From: Nitrospira sp.
GTDB taxonomy: Bacteria; Nitrospirota; Nitrospiria; Nitrospirales; Nitrospiraceae
Assembly: GCA_047150005.1 (NCBI GenBank)
Contig: AP038806.1
Coordinates: 3,584,001-3,648,000, forward strand
Direction: 5' to 3'
Length of the DNA: 64,000 nucleotides
Shown here piece by piece: positions 19,558 through 28,078 of the stretch. Under the pieces are notes generated by a model. It was not told the origin of the DNA, searched no databases, and worked only from the letters and a program-made list of their open reading frames with translations. The number at the start of each line of letters is the position of its first letter. Position 1 is the first letter of the stretch. A program made the position numbers and the translations under genes.

Positions 19558-19869
19558 ATGTTGAATAAGCATAAACACAAGGAATTTTTGAAGAGTCTCG
19601 GGGTCAGTGATGTTCAACTGCAGAAAGTTCCTGAAGGCGCAGATTTTACTGATGCACGACCTGATTTGACTGAAGGAATCATGCGCGAACTGAGGAAAAC
19701 GTATGATCACAAACAACCAATTGGTACGATCAGGGGAAAAGATTTGATCTTCAAAAAAGAAGAGATCAAAGCGACACGAGTCTCGATGCATAACCTCACG
19801 ATGAGATTGAAGACAGCCGAACATGAAGTGACGAAGGCCATAGTAGCCGAACAAGGAGGGCAGCCTTGA
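19558..19869 (+). CDS. Hypothetical protein
   Basis: AGGAGG RBS before ATG 19558, 10 nt after the previous stop. Confidence 0.7.
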   Translation: MLNKHKHKEFLKSLGVSDVQLQKVPEGADFTDARPDLTEGIMRELRKTYDHKQPIGTIRGKDLIFKKEEIKATRVSMHNLTMRLKTAEHEVTKAIVAEQGGQP

Positions 19870-20040
19870 TCCTACGAGTGGCGTAGATGTGGATCATGAC
19901 CCTTCGTAATTTCCCTCCCTGGCACAGCCACACGTTACAGGATTATCGTACATCAACCGAGTGCACAAAACAGACGCAATCTCCATGTGACCTGCAGGAT
20001 ATCCAGAACTGACTCTCCTCGCCAACGATGGGACAGGTGT

Positions 20041-20286
20041 TCATCCTAAGTGGACTGGTGCACGTCTGGGAGTCTGACTAGAGTCAGATTTTTCGAATGA
20101 GACGACTCCGTCAAGTAACAAGAAGATGGCGAGGAGGAGCAGGAGGATCCCACCGATCCCCCAGCCGTGCGGAGTAAACCACCAAAGGTCTTTCGTGGTT
20201 GCCGCCAGCCCACCGAAAATTCCACACAGAGTGCCTAACCCTGCCAGAACTCGGGCTATGATCGTTCGCTTGGCACCAGCTTCCAT
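20041..20286 (-). CDS. Small two-TM membrane protein
   Basis: GGAGG RBS; two hydrophobic segments. Confidence 0.65.
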   Translation of the reverse strand: MEAGAKRTIIARVLAGLGTLCGIFGGLAATTKDLWWFTPHGWGIGGILLLLLAIFLLLDGVVSFEKSDSSQTPRRAPVHLG

Positions 20287-20336
20287 AGCGTACCTCCCAA
20301 AGCGGTGGTATGAGGTTCTGTAGTGCTCCCCTGAAA

Positions 20337-21170
20337 TCAAGCCACCTGGGTTGACTGTTGCGCGCGGAATTGGACGGGACTCCGATACGCCAAGGCGCTG
20401 TGCGGTCGTCCCTCGTTGTACCAGTGGAGCCAGTCCCGAATGATCCGTCGCGCCTCCTCAAACGTCTGGAACGTGTGTTGCCAGACGCACTCCTCCTTCA
20501 GACTCCGGAAGAACCGCTCGATGATGCCGTTCTGTTCCGGCGTATAGGGCGTAATGAATTCCTGTTGGAGCCGATAGTCCCGACAGGCTTGTCGAAACCG
20601 GCGACTCTGGAAGATCAGGCCGTTGTCACTGCGGAGGACCGGTGCGCCCGTAGGCCGCAACGTCCCGAACCGCTGCAGGCACGCCGCTTCGACGGCCCGC
20701 TCCGCCTCCTTGGCCCGACTGCGCAACGCGAACTCGTAGCCGATGACTTCCCGATCGTGACAGTCGATCACGGCCGCGAGATGGGCCCAGCCGTCCTGGC
20801 CACAGGGAATATGCGTCACGTCCATCGCCCACCGTTCATTGCTCTGCCCAGCCCGACTGCGCCAGCCTCGCACCCGAGGGCGCGGGGTCGCCACGCGTTG
20901 GTGGACGAACCAGCCCTGCTGCTTCAGCACGCGATACACGGCTTTGCGATTCACCAGGATCCCATCCTGATACCGCAACATCACCCAGAGTCGGCGATAC
21001 CCAAACGTGGGATGCTGCTGAATCCAATACCGCATCCGCTCCAGCCACGGGGGTGCCGTGGGGCCTCGGCGTCGTCCCTCCGTTGCTCTCGTCCGATGCA
21101 GACCGGCTCGGTTCACGCGGAGCACCTGGCAACTCCGTCGCTCGGAGACACCCGACACGCGGGCTCTCAC
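20337..21170 (-). CDS. IS3 OrfB, DDE domain
   Basis: FGYRR, WAMDVT, RSDNG, NGIIERFFRSLKEE, RPHSAL. Confidence 0.95.
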   Translation of the reverse strand: MRARVSGVSERRSCQVLRVNRAGLHRTRATEGRRRGPTAPPWLERMRYWIQQHPTFGYRRLWVMLRYQDGILVNRKAVYRVLKQQGWFVHQRVATPRPRVRGWRSRAGQSNERWAMDVTHIPCGQDGWAHLAAVIDCHDREVIGYEFALRSRAKEAERAVEAACLQRFGTLRPTGAPVLRSDNGLIFQSRRFRQACRDYRLQQEFITPYTPEQNGIIERFFRSLKEECVWQHTFQTFEEARRIIRDWLHWYNEGRPHSALAYRSPVQFRAQQSTQVA

Positions 21171-21493
21171 GCGTCGGATGTCTTCCGGTCCAAAGGGAAG
21201 GGTTTCAAGGCCTCCCGTAAGATGTCGTTGTCCACGACCAGATCCCCGATCTTCTGTTTCAGCTTCTTGATCTGCTCGTCCTTCACGGCCTCCTCGTCCT
21301 TGGGCCGAGTCCGGAGCGCGTTCTCGGCGCCGAGGAGAAACTTCTCACGCCACGCCTCCACCTCCGCCACGGTCAGGCCGTGCTGCCGGGCCGCCTCGGC
21401 CACCGAGGTCTCACCCTTCAGATTACTCACGACCAATGCCACGCGTCGCTTGGCCGTCCACCGTTCAATGGGTTCTGCTGCTTCTGCTGCCAT
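21167..21493 (-). CDS. IS3 OrfA, HTH
   Basis: RWTAKRR, SVAEAARQHGL, C-terminal coiled coil. Confidence 0.9.
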   Translation of the reverse strand: MAAEAAEPIERWTAKRRVALVVSNLKGETSVAEAARQHGLTVAEVEAWREKFLLGAENALRTRPKDEEAVKDEQIKKLKQKIGDLVVDNDILREALKPFPLDRKTSDA

Positions 21494-21670
21494 CGCCACC
21501 TCCTCGGTCCGTCGTAGGACCATGTCGTAGAGGTGGTCTCAATTTCAAGAGGAGCAGGATAGTTCCGTAGACCAGCCTATCGTCGGATTATCTAGTAGCG
21601 GTGTCAACCTCTTGCCCCACGGCTGAGAACCGGCTGAATCCGAGGAGTTACGAAGCAGCCTTCATCGGGC

Positions 21671-22168
21671 CTATCGGGGGTGAACGGCCAAAAAGTCGTT
21701 GGCGAATTGCTGAACCAGCTCTTCGCTGTGACGAGTGATTTCGCTTAGTCTATTCGTGCCAACGAAGCCGAGATAACCGGTCGACCAAGTGGTAGCGACC
21801 AGATTCTTGGTAGTAGACAATGACACATACTGTTTGAGTTCAACAGTCAGACAATACGAATATTGAGGAAGCGTTGGGTTTTTCAATGACGCGACGATGA
21901 CATGAAGTGACGGTGAAGAAGGGACCTCTAAAGATTCCTCGTCAGTGAGAATTCTAATGCCACTGGACCGCAGCACTTGTTCAACTGCTGTTCGAATGCC
22001 CTCTTGTGATAAACCTTGAGCCTTCATATCCAGAGCAACATTGTCGATCACGACTGACACCCCAGGTAGCCCAATCAATGAACTGCGTTCTGTCTTGGAG
22101 GCTGCGTAGAGATCACTGCAGTCCAATAGAGTTGAAATGAGAATCAGTAGCGTAACGATAGACCGCAT
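21671..22168 (-). CDS. Exported hypothetical protein
   Basis: GGAGG RBS, signal peptide. Confidence 0.7.
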   Translation of the reverse strand: MRSIVTLLILISTLLDCSDLYAASKTERSSLIGLPGVSVVIDNVALDMKAQGLSQEGIRTAVEQVLRSSGIRILTDEESLEVPSSPSLHVIVASLKNPTLPQYSYCLTVELKQYVSLSTTKNLVATTWSTGYLGFVGTNRLSEITRHSEELVQQFANDFLAVHPR

Positions 22169-22379
22169 AATGCCTCCGACACAGGATGAAGCGCCTCCAA
22201 GAGAACGGGGGCAATTAAGAGTTCCACCGTCTCCAGCCGCATCCCCAGCAGTTTTTCCACAATCCTCGTTGAGGACTCCGCTCGTTTCTAGGCAGCATCA
22301 TACGCCATCTTCAACGGGGTGAGCAGACGCAACACCGTGAAGGGCGCCGTGAAGCCTCCCATCTCCTCGTACTGCTCGG

Positions 22380-22569
22380 CTAGGAGTCTGTCCGAGTAAT
22401 CCTTCGTTGCGAGGCAGAAGGAGCTGCTGGCAGATGCAAGGCCGCAGGCTCGAAAAATCCGGAGGCGTATTCTCTGGAATACGTTGAGGAAGTTTTTGAG
22501 CCGAGAACGACGTAGATGCTCGCGGATCGTTTGCCGCAGTAGAAAGGCATTACTCGGACAGACTCCTAG
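22380..22569. mobile_element. MITE-like element 2
   Basis: Perfect 21-bp inverted ends CTAGGAGTCTGTCCGAGTAAT at 22380-22400 and 22549-22569, CTAG at both ends. Confidence 0.85.
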
Positions 22570-22751
22570 CGGCAGCATGTAGGACCAGGGGCCATACACG
22601 TGGGAGACTCCGTGGATTTCGAACACCTGGCGAATATTCTGCCAGAAAGTTCTCCGATCTTCGTGTCTCAGATTACGGGGAGCTGACATATCCGGCGGCG
22701 CAATGAAGAGAGGCTGCGCCTGGTGAGCCGCCGGAACGAGCAAGCTTGGTT

Positions 22752-22827
22752 TGGTGCGCCCGACAGGACTTGAACCTGTAACCCCCAGATCCGTAGTCTG
22801 GTGCTCTATCCATTGAGCTACGGGCGC
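22752..22827 (-). tRNA. tRNA-Arg (anticodon ACG)
   Basis: 76-nt cloverleaf GCGCCCG...CCAGA-CTACGGA-TCTGG...TTCAAGT...CGGGCGC-ACCA with encoded CCA. Confidence 0.97.
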
Positions 22828-22864
22828 GACCGAAGAAGTGCTGAGCGGCTGCCGCAGAACAGCG

Positions 22865-22894
22865 GTTATACAGGGCCCTGCCCCAATGGGTCAA
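22865..22894 (-). promoter_or_regulatory. Sigma-70 promoter of tRNA-Arg
   Basis: TTGACC-N18-TATAAC upstream of the tRNA. Confidence 0.55.
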
Positions 22895-23000
22895 GGGAGC
22901 AGGGGCCGCCGATCCATTCAGAAAAAACTCTATCCAGAATCCGGCCACTCCAGTAGGATGATGCTCTGGCGCTCAGGGGACTCATTCGTGAGGACTGGCT

Positions 23001-23324
23001 ATGCCCAATCTCCAGGTCGTGGAGCAGGTGATTGAACAGGCGGTTGAGCAAACGCTTCAGCAGCCGGGTCAGAAAGATCGGCCGGCCATAGAATCGCCAC
23101 AGCCTCGTTCCGGAGCTACCGGGACTATCGCGACGGTCATTCGATGGACAGTCGGCATTGTGGTGGCCTTTGCGCTCGGGAGTTGGCTGGTCTGGCTGAC
23201 CGCCTACCTGCAACGTCATTTCGTCCTTGAAGAGATCCGTTCGGCCTGTCAACGGGTCATGCCGGACACGGTCGAACGATGTGTGGATACCGTCATCATC
23301 CAGCGGGGCGGAGCGAGGCGATGA
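23001..23324 (+). CDS. Single-TM hypothetical protein
   Basis: GAGGA RBS; TM segment; ATGA overlap with the next gene. Confidence 0.7.
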   Translation: MPNLQVVEQVIEQAVEQTLQQPGQKDRPAIESPQPRSGATGTIATVIRWTVGIVVAFALGSWLVWLTAYLQRHFVLEEIRSACQRVMPDTVERCVDTVIIQRGGARR

Positions 23325-24307
23325 CGTGGGGCCTCCTGGTCGGCAGGACCCTGCTGGCCGGCATCGTTGTCTGGACCTCTTCAACCTGGCTCGCCCTGGC
23401 CCAGGAGCCGGATGAGCCACGGCGGCCTGCGACTGAAATCAACATCGGCACCTGGATCAGCGTCGGCGAGACGAAGTGGGCGCACAATGCGTCTTCAGTG
23501 CCAGGCCTTGGCAATCCCACCTCCAAATTGGATTACAAGGACGTCGGCACGAACGTGATCGACGTGGCCGGGAAATTCTGGTTCTCTCCGAAAGTCTTTA
23601 CCAAGCTCAACGTCGGATTCGCCAATATCGGGGGCGGCCGCTTGACCGACGATGACTATGGAGCGGGACAGCAACTCTTCTCGAGCACACAGAGTAACAT
23701 CAACGGCAACAACATGTGGTATGTGAACGCGGATTTGGGCGGGCGCGTGACTGAGTTCGCGCACCATCGCGGCTATCTCGATGTCTTCGGCGGCTACCAA
23801 TACTGGCGTACGGAATATCAGGCCGTCGGGGTGGCGCAGATCTCCTGTAATCCGGCCGCGATTCCAGGCCTGACCTGCTTACCGCCCGGTACGAGCACAA
23901 ATCAGGGGCAGACCGTCATCACGAATACGACCTCCTGGCATTCATTTCGAATAGGCATGACCTCCGAGTATAAGTTCACCCGCCGGATCAGCATCCACGG
24001 CACCGCAGCTCTCATTCCCGCCAGCTACCTCGACAACAAGGACCAGCATCATCTGCGGCTCGACTTGCAGCAAAACCCGAGCTTCGCCATGACCGGCTAC
24101 GGCATCGGGGCGGATGGCGACATCGGGCTTCGCTTCCAGTTCATGAAGAATTTTGCCGCCGACGTGGGCTACCGCGTCTACTGGAATCAGCTCATCACCG
24201 GGAATCTCACCGTCTACCCGGTGAACGACTCAACCCAGTCTTTTCCTCTCACCGAGTTTCAGTCGCTCCGACACGGATTGACCGCCGGCCTCACGCTGAT
24301 ATTCTAA
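23321..24307 (+). CDS. Outer-membrane beta-barrel, omptin-like protease
   Basis: Signal peptide, SKLDY, DDDY, DQHHLR, C-terminal Phe. Confidence 0.7.
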   Translation: MTWGLLVGRTLLAGIVVWTSSTWLALAQEPDEPRRPATEINIGTWISVGETKWAHNASSVPGLGNPTSKLDYKDVGTNVIDVAGKFWFSPKVFTKLNVGFANIGGGRLTDDDYGAGQQLFSSTQSNINGNNMWYVNADLGGRVTEFAHHRGYLDVFGGYQYWRTEYQAVGVAQISCNPAAIPGLTCLPPGTSTNQGQTVITNTTSWHSFRIGMTSEYKFTRRISIHGTAALIPASYLDNKDQHHLRLDLQQNPSFAMTGYGIGADGDIGLRFQFMKNFAADVGYRVYWNQLITGNLTVYPVNDSTQSFPLTEFQSLRHGLTAGLTLIF

Positions 24308-24308
24308 C

Positions 24309-24344
24309 GGGGACTGGCTCCGATTCCGATCGGTGCCTGTCCCC
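24309..24344. repeat. GGGGAC...GTCCCC palindromic unit after the omptin stop
   Basis: Imperfect 13-bp stem; related unit at 26978-27012. Confidence 0.6.
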
Positions 24345-24487
24345 CTCGGTGTCACTCGATTCCTTGGGTCCAGAATCGTCTGAGACATCTACGGATCTGG
24401 GCATATTAGATTCAGTCCTTATCCTGCTCCCCTTGAAATTGAGACCACCTCTACGACATGGTCCTACGACGGACCGAGGAGGTGGCG

Positions 24488-24814
24488 ATGGCAGCAGAAG
24501 CAGCAGAACCCATTGAACGGTGGACGGCCAAGCGACGCGTGGCATTGGTCGTGAGTAATCTGAAGGGTGAGACCTCGGTGGCCGAGGCGGCCCGGCAGCA
24601 CGGCCTGACCGTGGCGGAGGTGGAGGCGTGGCGTGAGAAGTTTCTCCTCGGCGCCGAGAACGCGCTCCGGACTCGGCCCAAGGACGAGGAGGCCGTGAAG
24701 GACGAGCAGATCAAGAAGCTGAAACAGAAGATCGGGGATCTGGTCGTGGACAACGACATCTTACGGGAGGCCTTGAAACCCTTCCCTTTGGACCGGAAGA
24801 CATCCGACGCGTGA
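24488..24814 (+). CDS. IS3 OrfA
   Basis: Same protein as copy A; GAGGAGG RBS. Confidence 0.9.
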   Translation: MAAEAAEPIERWTAKRRVALVVSNLKGETSVAEAARQHGLTVAEVEAWREKFLLGAENALRTRPKDEEAVKDEQIKKLKQKIGDLVVDNDILREALKPFPLDRKTSDA

Positions 24815-25644
24815 GAGCCCGCGTGTCGGGTGTCTCCGAGCGACGGAGTTGCCAGGTGCTCCGCGTGAACCGAGCCGGTCTGCATCGGACGAGAGCAACG
24901 GAGGGACGACGCCGAGGCCCCACGGCACCCCCGTGGCTGGAGCGGATGCGGTATTGGATTCAGCAGCATCCCACGTTTGGGTATCGCCGACTCTGGGTGA
25001 TGTTGCGGTATCAGGATGGGATCCTGGTGAATCGCAAAGCCGTGTATCGCGTGCTGAAGCAGCAGGGCTGGTTCGTCCACCAACGCGTGGCGACCCCGCG
25101 CCCTCGGGTGCGAGGCTGGCGCAGTCGGGCTGGGCAGAGCAATGAACGGTGGGCGATGGACGTGACGCATATTCCCTGTGGCCAGGACGGCTGGGCCCAT
25201 CTCGCGGCCGTGATCGACTGTCACGATCGGGAAGTCATCGGCTACGAGTTCGCGTTGCGCAGTCGGGCCAAGGAGGCGGAGCGGGCCGTCGAAGCGGCGT
25301 GCCTGCAGCGGTTCGGGACGTTGCGGCCTACGGGCGCACCGGTCCTCCGCAGTGACAACGGCCTGATCTTCCAGAGTCGCCGGTTTCGACAAGCCTGTCG
25401 GGACTATCGGCTCCAACAGGAATTCATTACGCCCTATACGCCGGAACAGAACGGGATCATCGAGCGGTTCTTCCGGAGTCTGAAGGAGGAGTGCGTCTGG
25501 CAACACACGTTCCAGACGTTTGAGGAGGCGCGACGGATCATTCGGGACTGGCTCCACTGGTACAACGAGGGACGACCGCACAGCGCCTTGGCGTATCGGA
25601 GTCCCGTCCAATTCCGCGCGCAACAGTCAACCCAGGTGGCTTGA
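24811..25644 (+). CDS. IS3 OrfB
   Basis: Same protein as copy A. Confidence 0.95.
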   Translation: MRARVSGVSERRSCQVLRVNRAGLHRTRATEGRRRGPTAPPWLERMRYWIQQHPTFGYRRLWVMLRYQDGILVNRKAVYRVLKQQGWFVHQRVATPRPRVRGWRSRAGQSNERWAMDVTHIPCGQDGWAHLAAVIDCHDREVIGYEFALRSRAKEAERAVEAACLQRFGTLRPTGAPVLRSDNGLIFQSRRFRQACRDYRLQQEFITPYTPEQNGIIERFFRSLKEECVWQHTFQTFEEARRIIRDWLHWYNEGRPHSALAYRSPVQFRAQQSTQVA

Positions 25645-25961
25645 TTTCAGGGGAGCACTACATCCTGTCGGGCGCACCAAACCGAGCTTGCTCGTTCCGG
25701 CGGCTCACCAGGCGCAGCCTCTCTTCATTGCGCCGCCGGATAGACGCCTCCTGTGATCTTCTCTCTAGGATGGCACGTGGGCCGCTGCCTCATCGGCGCC
25801 AGCCATCCCCTATTGTTGGCAGCGGATAAACACCACACGTGATCCGATAGGGATTAATTCTTCGTACGGGCGCCTTTCGGGTGGATCTGAACCACGGTAC
25901 ATTCTCGATAGCGGCGTCTTTATCCAGTATGGGGACATTAGGCGAGACCCGGGGTGAACTG

Positions 25962-26537
25962 TCAGTCTAATTTCTTGCATCCGACCGGTGGTTGTTCCCA
26001 TGTTGCCTCCTTCTCTACTGAACAGAGTGCCGCCTGAATGGCCCAGTACGTTCCATTCAGGACGGCTTGTTCCGGTTCGGGGACCGCTTCTGGAAACGTG
26101 GCCAGTCCAGTCCAGATGATTTGCGAAGTTTCGACAGAGACTTCACGGACTGAAACCCTCACGTCATAGCTGCGATTGATATAGGCGGACCGGGGCGCAG
26201 CGATCGTGGCATCGCCGAGCACAACATAGCCGGCCTCCGCAATCCGGCCAACCTTGACCATATCCTGCAGATCATCGGTACTGTGATGGAGAATGATTTG
26301 TTGCTCGTCAAAGAGGCGTTGTGCCTTGCTATGTTCGACAACGCGCAGCTTATTTTTCAGATAAAACGAGGTGAGATATTGCGTCATATGTTCATTGTTT
26401 GTCCAAATGATACGGATGGCAGTTCGATAGTCGGATGGTAGCTGTGAACTATGGGTTCCGTTCGCGATCGGATGGAAAGAATGGCTACAACCAGGAACGA
26501 GGAGAAATGACAATAGCGACAAACGCAATATCATCAT
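25962..26537 (-). CDS. Hypothetical lipoprotein, CsgG-like pattern
   Basis: Lipobox VPGC; VVE.......F.EQ, VG.I..A.YVV.G and V.VET.QIIW patterns. Confidence 0.6.
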   Translation of the reverse strand: MMILRLSLLSFLLVPGCSHSFHPIANGTHSSQLPSDYRTAIRIIWTNNEHMTQYLTSFYLKNKLRVVEHSKAQRLFDEQQIILHHSTDDLQDMVKVGRIAEAGYVVLGDATIAAPRSAYINRSYDVRVSVREVSVETSQIIWTGLATFPEAVPEPEQAVLNGTYWAIQAALCSVEKEATWEQPPVGCKKLD

Positions 26538-26977
26538 CAACGATGAGGAGGACATAACGAGCACTGTTTTTCTTCTGGGAACGCGTTTCTATAGACGCCG
26601 CAATAAAAATAACGGCGTTGCAAGCCAATCGACTAGCTGATTAGCCCCGGTTTTCAGAGTCATACAGTGGACTGAAAACAGCGACGATTCTATGATCTGA
26701 CTGGACCATGTGCAACAGTCGCGGTAGATAAACTATCGTGTCTCTATCGCGGCCTTTTGGAAGCGCCTTCCTTGCGAGGATTCATGCTGACGCTTTACCG
26801 CTCCGTGTGCAGTAGTTCGTTAAATCTCATCAAGGACCAGTTTTCTAACAGCCTCCCGTTTTCAGGTATCGTGAGTTGCCGGACTTACGCTGCTCTTTTT
26901 AATGGGATTGCGATCCTTGTGGAGGAGTGGCTCGGCGTAGTTTTCCATGCGTTCCCCATCAGACCTGCTGTTGTAAC

Positions 26978-27012
26978 GGGGACAGCCACCAAACGGAAGG
27001 GTGGCAGTCCCC
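26978..27012. repeat. GGGGAC...GTCCCC palindromic unit after the helicase stop
   Basis: GGGGACAGCCACC / GGTGGCAGTCCCC, 12/13 stem. Confidence 0.65.
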
Positions 27013-27013
27013 C

Positions 27014-28078
27014 TCAGCGTCGGCGGCCGGACGGCATGGTTTCTTCTTCGTATCTGGCAAAGAGACGTTTGGCTTCGGGGTGCCAATGGCCGGCGTGGCC
27101 GTGGGGGATGCCGAGCGTGCGGAACAATGGGACGAGCTTGCCGTCGGGATGAAGATAGCCGGCTCGGAGCGGCACGGTTCGCTTACTGTGTTTGATCAGG
27201 TGGCAGGGAACCGGACGGATCGACGTGAGCCAGTCGGCGATGTCTTGTGGATTGCCGATCGACGCCGAAAGAAGCAACAGGCGCGCCTGCGACGGACAAA
27301 AGATGATGGTCTCCTCCCACACGACCCCTCGCTCCGGGTCGGCGATGTATTGGGATTCGTCCATGATCACAAGCCCGAGCGTGTCGAGCCGCAGGTCGAT
27401 CTCACCTCCTGCCGCATCGTACAGGAGGTTGCGCAGGATCTCGGTCGTCATGATCAGCAGGGGCGCCTGGCCGTTGTCGCGCCGGTCTCCGGTGAGAATC
27501 CCAACCCGATCCGCTCCGAAGATACGGGAGAATTCCGTAAATTTGGTATTGGACAGGGCCTTGAGCGGCGATGTGTAAATGACGGTGCGGTTGTCCTCCA
27601 TGGCGCGTCTGGCCGCTTCCACCGCCACATAGGTTTTGCCGCTCCCGGTCGGCACGCTCACGACCACATCCGTCTGCTGCAACCGTTCCACGGCTTCCAC
27701 TTGCCAGGCGTCCGGTACAAACGGCTGCGGCGCCGGCACGCCGATACCGGAAAGCCACTCTCCCAGCGACACAGACGGCTCGTGCGACTCAGGCTCGTGG
27801 TGAGGAGTCGTGTGGCGCGCCGGATGGTGCGTCTTCCCTGGTGCAGCATGGCGCGGAGAATGTGAGAGCGGAGCTGCCGGTTTCGCGGTTCGCTCGCCGA
27901 TCAGCGCCATGACGTCCGACTCGAAGCCGGCGCGGTTCTCCGCCGAATGGCGAAGCAGCATCTCGATCAGCCGGCGCTTGCCGAGGCGGAAGTGCCGGTG
28001 AACCCGGCCTCGGGCCAGGCGATGCAACAGAGCCATCGGTTGCTGCGCGAGGAGTGTTTCCAGTTCGTCAGTCGTCAC
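27014..28078 (-). CDS. Ski2/HelY-like SF2 helicase, N-terminal half (RecA1)
   Basis: PTGSGKT, TSPLKALSN, TTEILRN, DESQ, LSAS; GTG start with GGAGG RBS overlapping the upstream stop. Confidence 0.88.
   Translation of the reverse strand: MTTDELETLLAQQPMALLHRLARGRVHRHFRLGKRRLIEMLLRHSAENRAGFESDVMALIGERTAKPAAPLSHSPRHAAPGKTHHPARHTTPHHEPESHEPSVSLGEWLSGIGVPAPQPFVPDAWQVEAVERLQQTDVVVSVPTGSGKTYVAVEAARRAMEDNRTVIYTSPLKALSNTKFTEFSRIFGADRVGILTGDRRDNGQAPLLIMTTEILRNLLYDAAGGEIDLRLDTLGLVIMDESQYIADPERGVVWEETIIFCPSQARLLLLSASIGNPQDIADWLTSIRPVPCHLIKHSKRTVPLRAGYLHPDGKLVPLFRTLGIPHGHAGHWHPEAKRLFARYEEETMPSGRRR

Larger units (their letters stand above)
20319..21561 (-). mobile_element. IS3-family element, copy A (1243 bp)
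   Basis: Ends TGTAGTGCTCCCCTGAAATC and AATTTCAAGAGGAGCAGGATA; 4-bp target duplication GTTC. Confidence 0.95.
24420..25662 (+). mobile_element. IS3-family element, copy B (1243 bp)
   Basis: Near-identical to copy A, opposite orientation; own 4-bp target duplication TCCT. Confidence 0.95.
24389..25742 (+). repeat. Inverted partial copy of the tRNA-Arg 3' half plus 63-nt tail, interrupted by IS3 copy B
   Basis: CTACGGATCTGGG...TTCAGTCCT[IS]GTCGGGCGCACCA plus a tail 62/63 identical to the reverse complement of 22689-22751. Confidence 0.85.

Noticed and set aside
20358..21530. 390-aa ORF and its twin at 24451-25623
   Set aside because: Antisense shadows of the IS3 genes
20319..25662. Composite transposon formed by the two IS3 copies
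   Set aside because: Each copy has its own target duplication and the outer flanks differ
24389..25679. Second functional tRNA-Arg
   Set aside because: No 5' half, degenerate T arm, interrupted by an IS
26570..26970. AT-rich gap with small dyads such as GTTTTCAG...CTGAAAAC
   Set aside because: No convincing ORF or RNA fold; dyads may be chance
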